From Oscillospiraceae bacterium (GTDB lineage Bacteria > Bacillota > Clostridia > Oscillospirales > Acutalibacteraceae): 64,000 nucleotides of DNA. Positions 35,701-38,700 of the stretch are shown here, piece by piece. The stretch is from positions 68,533 to 132,532 of the forward strand of contig SVPE01000005.1 in the NCBI GenBank assembly GCA_015066015.1. The letters are read 5' to 3'. The notes beneath the pieces are model-generated. The model was not told the DNA's origin, made no database searches, and saw only the letters and a list, made by a program, of their open reading frames with translations. Position numbers and translations under genes: made by a program. Within the stretch, counting starts at the first letter, position 1. Every line of letters starts with the position of its first letter.

Positions 35701-38700
35701 GGTTCTTGCATTCCTTCTTACAAATGAAGACCTTGTGGTAACCGTTGAAAATAACGGTCAGAAGGCTCAGCTTACACTCAAGGGCGGTAACGCTTATGAG
35801 TCAGCTATCGTTCCCATCCTCTACCAGGGTCTCGGTCTTGAAGAAATCATCACCGGCACTAATAAGGCAAAGGTTGAATCCGCTGTTAAGGTTGATTCTG
35901 CAAATGCAGCAATTGAAGCAGTTGTTGACGCACTTCTTGTTGACCTTGTAGGCGCAATTAAGAAGGCTCCTCTCTCAACAATCCTTACAGTAGTAGGTAA
36001 CCTCGGTTACTTCATTGCAAACGACGACGTTGCAGTTGCAATCCAGAACCTTGTAGCTCCTGTACTCGGTATCGTAGATGCTCTCGGCGGCGTAATCTCC
36101 AGAACACAGCTTGATACTCTTATCGAAGGTCTCGCTAAGATTGAGCTTCCCAACGGTAAGATGCTCAACATCACCAACATTATCAACATTGCCGGCGACA
36201 ATGGTGCAATCCTTGTTGACCTCATCAACGGTCTCCTTCCCGGTATCGAGATTAAGGATGATCAGGGTAATGTTATCCAGGTAATCAATGCACTTCCCGA
36301 CACCTTCTTCCTTGACCTTGCTAAGGCAGCTGTTAAGGTAACAGATCCCGAAACAGGTCTTGTTGAAGGCGAAACAGATGCAAAGACATGGACCACCGAT
36401 AATGGCGGCGCAATCATGTACGTACTTTCAACCGTACTTACAACTGACTTCCTCAACATCCTTTGCGATGTAATCGGTATTGAAGAGAAGACAGAAGACG
36501 GTAAGGACAACATGGTATACGGTATCATTACTTCACTTGCAGGTTCTGCAGATGCAGTAGTTGATCTCCTTCTCAAGCTTCTCAACAGATATCTTGTTGA
36601 ATACAAGGCATATGTACAGCCTGAAATCAATAAGACAAAGATTAACTATGAAGGCGGCGAAGCTGCTCACAGACAGTTCAATCAGGTTATTTCAAACCTT
36701 GACGGACTTATCCCCGTAATCTTCGAACTTCTTGTTAAGCAGGAAGGTGTAAACAACCTTGCAGATCTCGTATATCCGTTATTTGTTAAGGATGACATCG
36801 CTAACCTCCTTGTAAGTGCTATTGCTAAGCTTCTTGCAGGTCTTCCCGCAGAGACAATTACAATGATTGAAGATCTTGTAACTGATCTTGCAAACGTCAA
36901 GAATGCTACAGTTAAGGATGCAGACGGCAACGAAGTTGAAGTATTCAGCATCGCACCTACAGCATTCAAGGCTGACAACTTCAAGTCTAAGCTTGACGAA
37001 TACATCGGCGATGCAAAGACTTGGGCAGAAGTATGGGCAGCACACAGTGAAGACAAGAAGGATGAAAACGGTAATATCGTTTATGCTAAGGATGCAGACG
37101 GCAAGACAGTTGTTGATGCTGAAGGCAATCCTGTAGCAGAAAAGGTAGCATCCGCATATGCTTGGAACATCAAGACTGTAGATGACTTCATCAATCTCAT
37201 CTGTGACTTCCTTGCACCTCTTGACTGCGTACTTAACCTCCTTCTTTCAGGCGGTATGGTAAGAGCAGACTTTGACACAAATCGTCCTAACGAGACATTC
37301 ATGGGCAAGAGACTCGCTGTATTCGATGATATCGCAATCAGCGGCGGTAGCGGTTACAACTACGCAATCATTCCTCTCCTTGAGCTCTTCGGTGTTGATG
37401 CTGATACTCAGGAAGAGTACATGATCGCAGTTGAAACCAATTACAACAGCGCACTCTACCCCGTACTCACAGCACTCTTCGACAGAGTTGATGAAATCCT
37501 TACAGCTCCTGTTGAAAGTCTCCTCGATATTCTTGCAAACCTCTGCTATGCCCTTGGCACAGGCAGCGTTGCAACAATCGTTGAAAATCTCATTGCTCCT
37601 GTAAACAATGTAATTGCAGCAGTTGATGAAATCTTCCCGATCGCAATTCCCATCGACGTAGGCGCTCTCATCAATGGTCAGGCACTTAAGGTTTACCTTG
37701 GTGAAGCACATCCCGGTATCGATTCAGGTATCACCTTCAAGCTCGAAGGCAATGATGTAGCAGCACTTCTTGAAGATGTAATTGCCGGTATCAACATCGG
37801 CGGTGCATCACTCGAAGTTGACCTCGATTGGATGGCACTTGCAGCTGCAGCCGCAGCAGACGTAAACGGTGATGGTAAGGGAGACTTTGACGGTTCAAAG
37901 ATGAGCACCAAGTGGGATATCTACAACGGTGGCGCATACAAGAACCTCAAGGGTGATGCAGGCGACACATTCGTAACACTTATTAAGACAGTTCTCACAG
38001 AAAAGAACTGGAATGCTCTTAAGGAAGCTCTTGGCCTTGATCTCGGTGACTTCAACACAGTTGTTGACGGCATCATCAAGGATCCCACAAAGCTTATCGA
38101 CCTTATCGGCAGTATCTTCAGTATCGAAGGCGTTCACTACATTCCTGTACAGAACAGAAAGGTAGAAGCTAAGCCTTACGACTACACAACATACCTCTAC
38201 ATGACAGAGCAGAATGCTGACATTATTGCTCAGAACATCGACAAGCTTGTAAATGACATCCTTCAGGCAGCCGGCTTCGGTTCACTCAAGGGTCTTATCG
38301 GTACACTTCTCACTAACAAGCTTGCAGGTGACCTCATCGGTAAGATTACAGGTCTCCTCGGTGGCGATACAGTTGGTCCTATCCTCGGAACAATTGCAGG
38401 TCTTACCGGCGGCGAAGATCCGATCCTCGTTGTATACGATGCAGCAGGTAATGTTACAAAGCTTAACCTTGACCTCACAGTTAAGGGTTATGCAGATGCA
38501 TACGACAATTACGCTAACCATAACAGAGCCTTTGCTCAGGAACTCCACAGAGTTGCTAATGCAAACGGCACATGGGCAGATGTAAATGTTGCTAACATCG
38601 ATTGGGGTGTAAACGGCACAGTTACAAGCTTCGCAAATGCATTCGCATCAATCCTCAATCCTCTCAACAGTGTTCTCGAACTTCTCCTTGTTGGTGAAGG

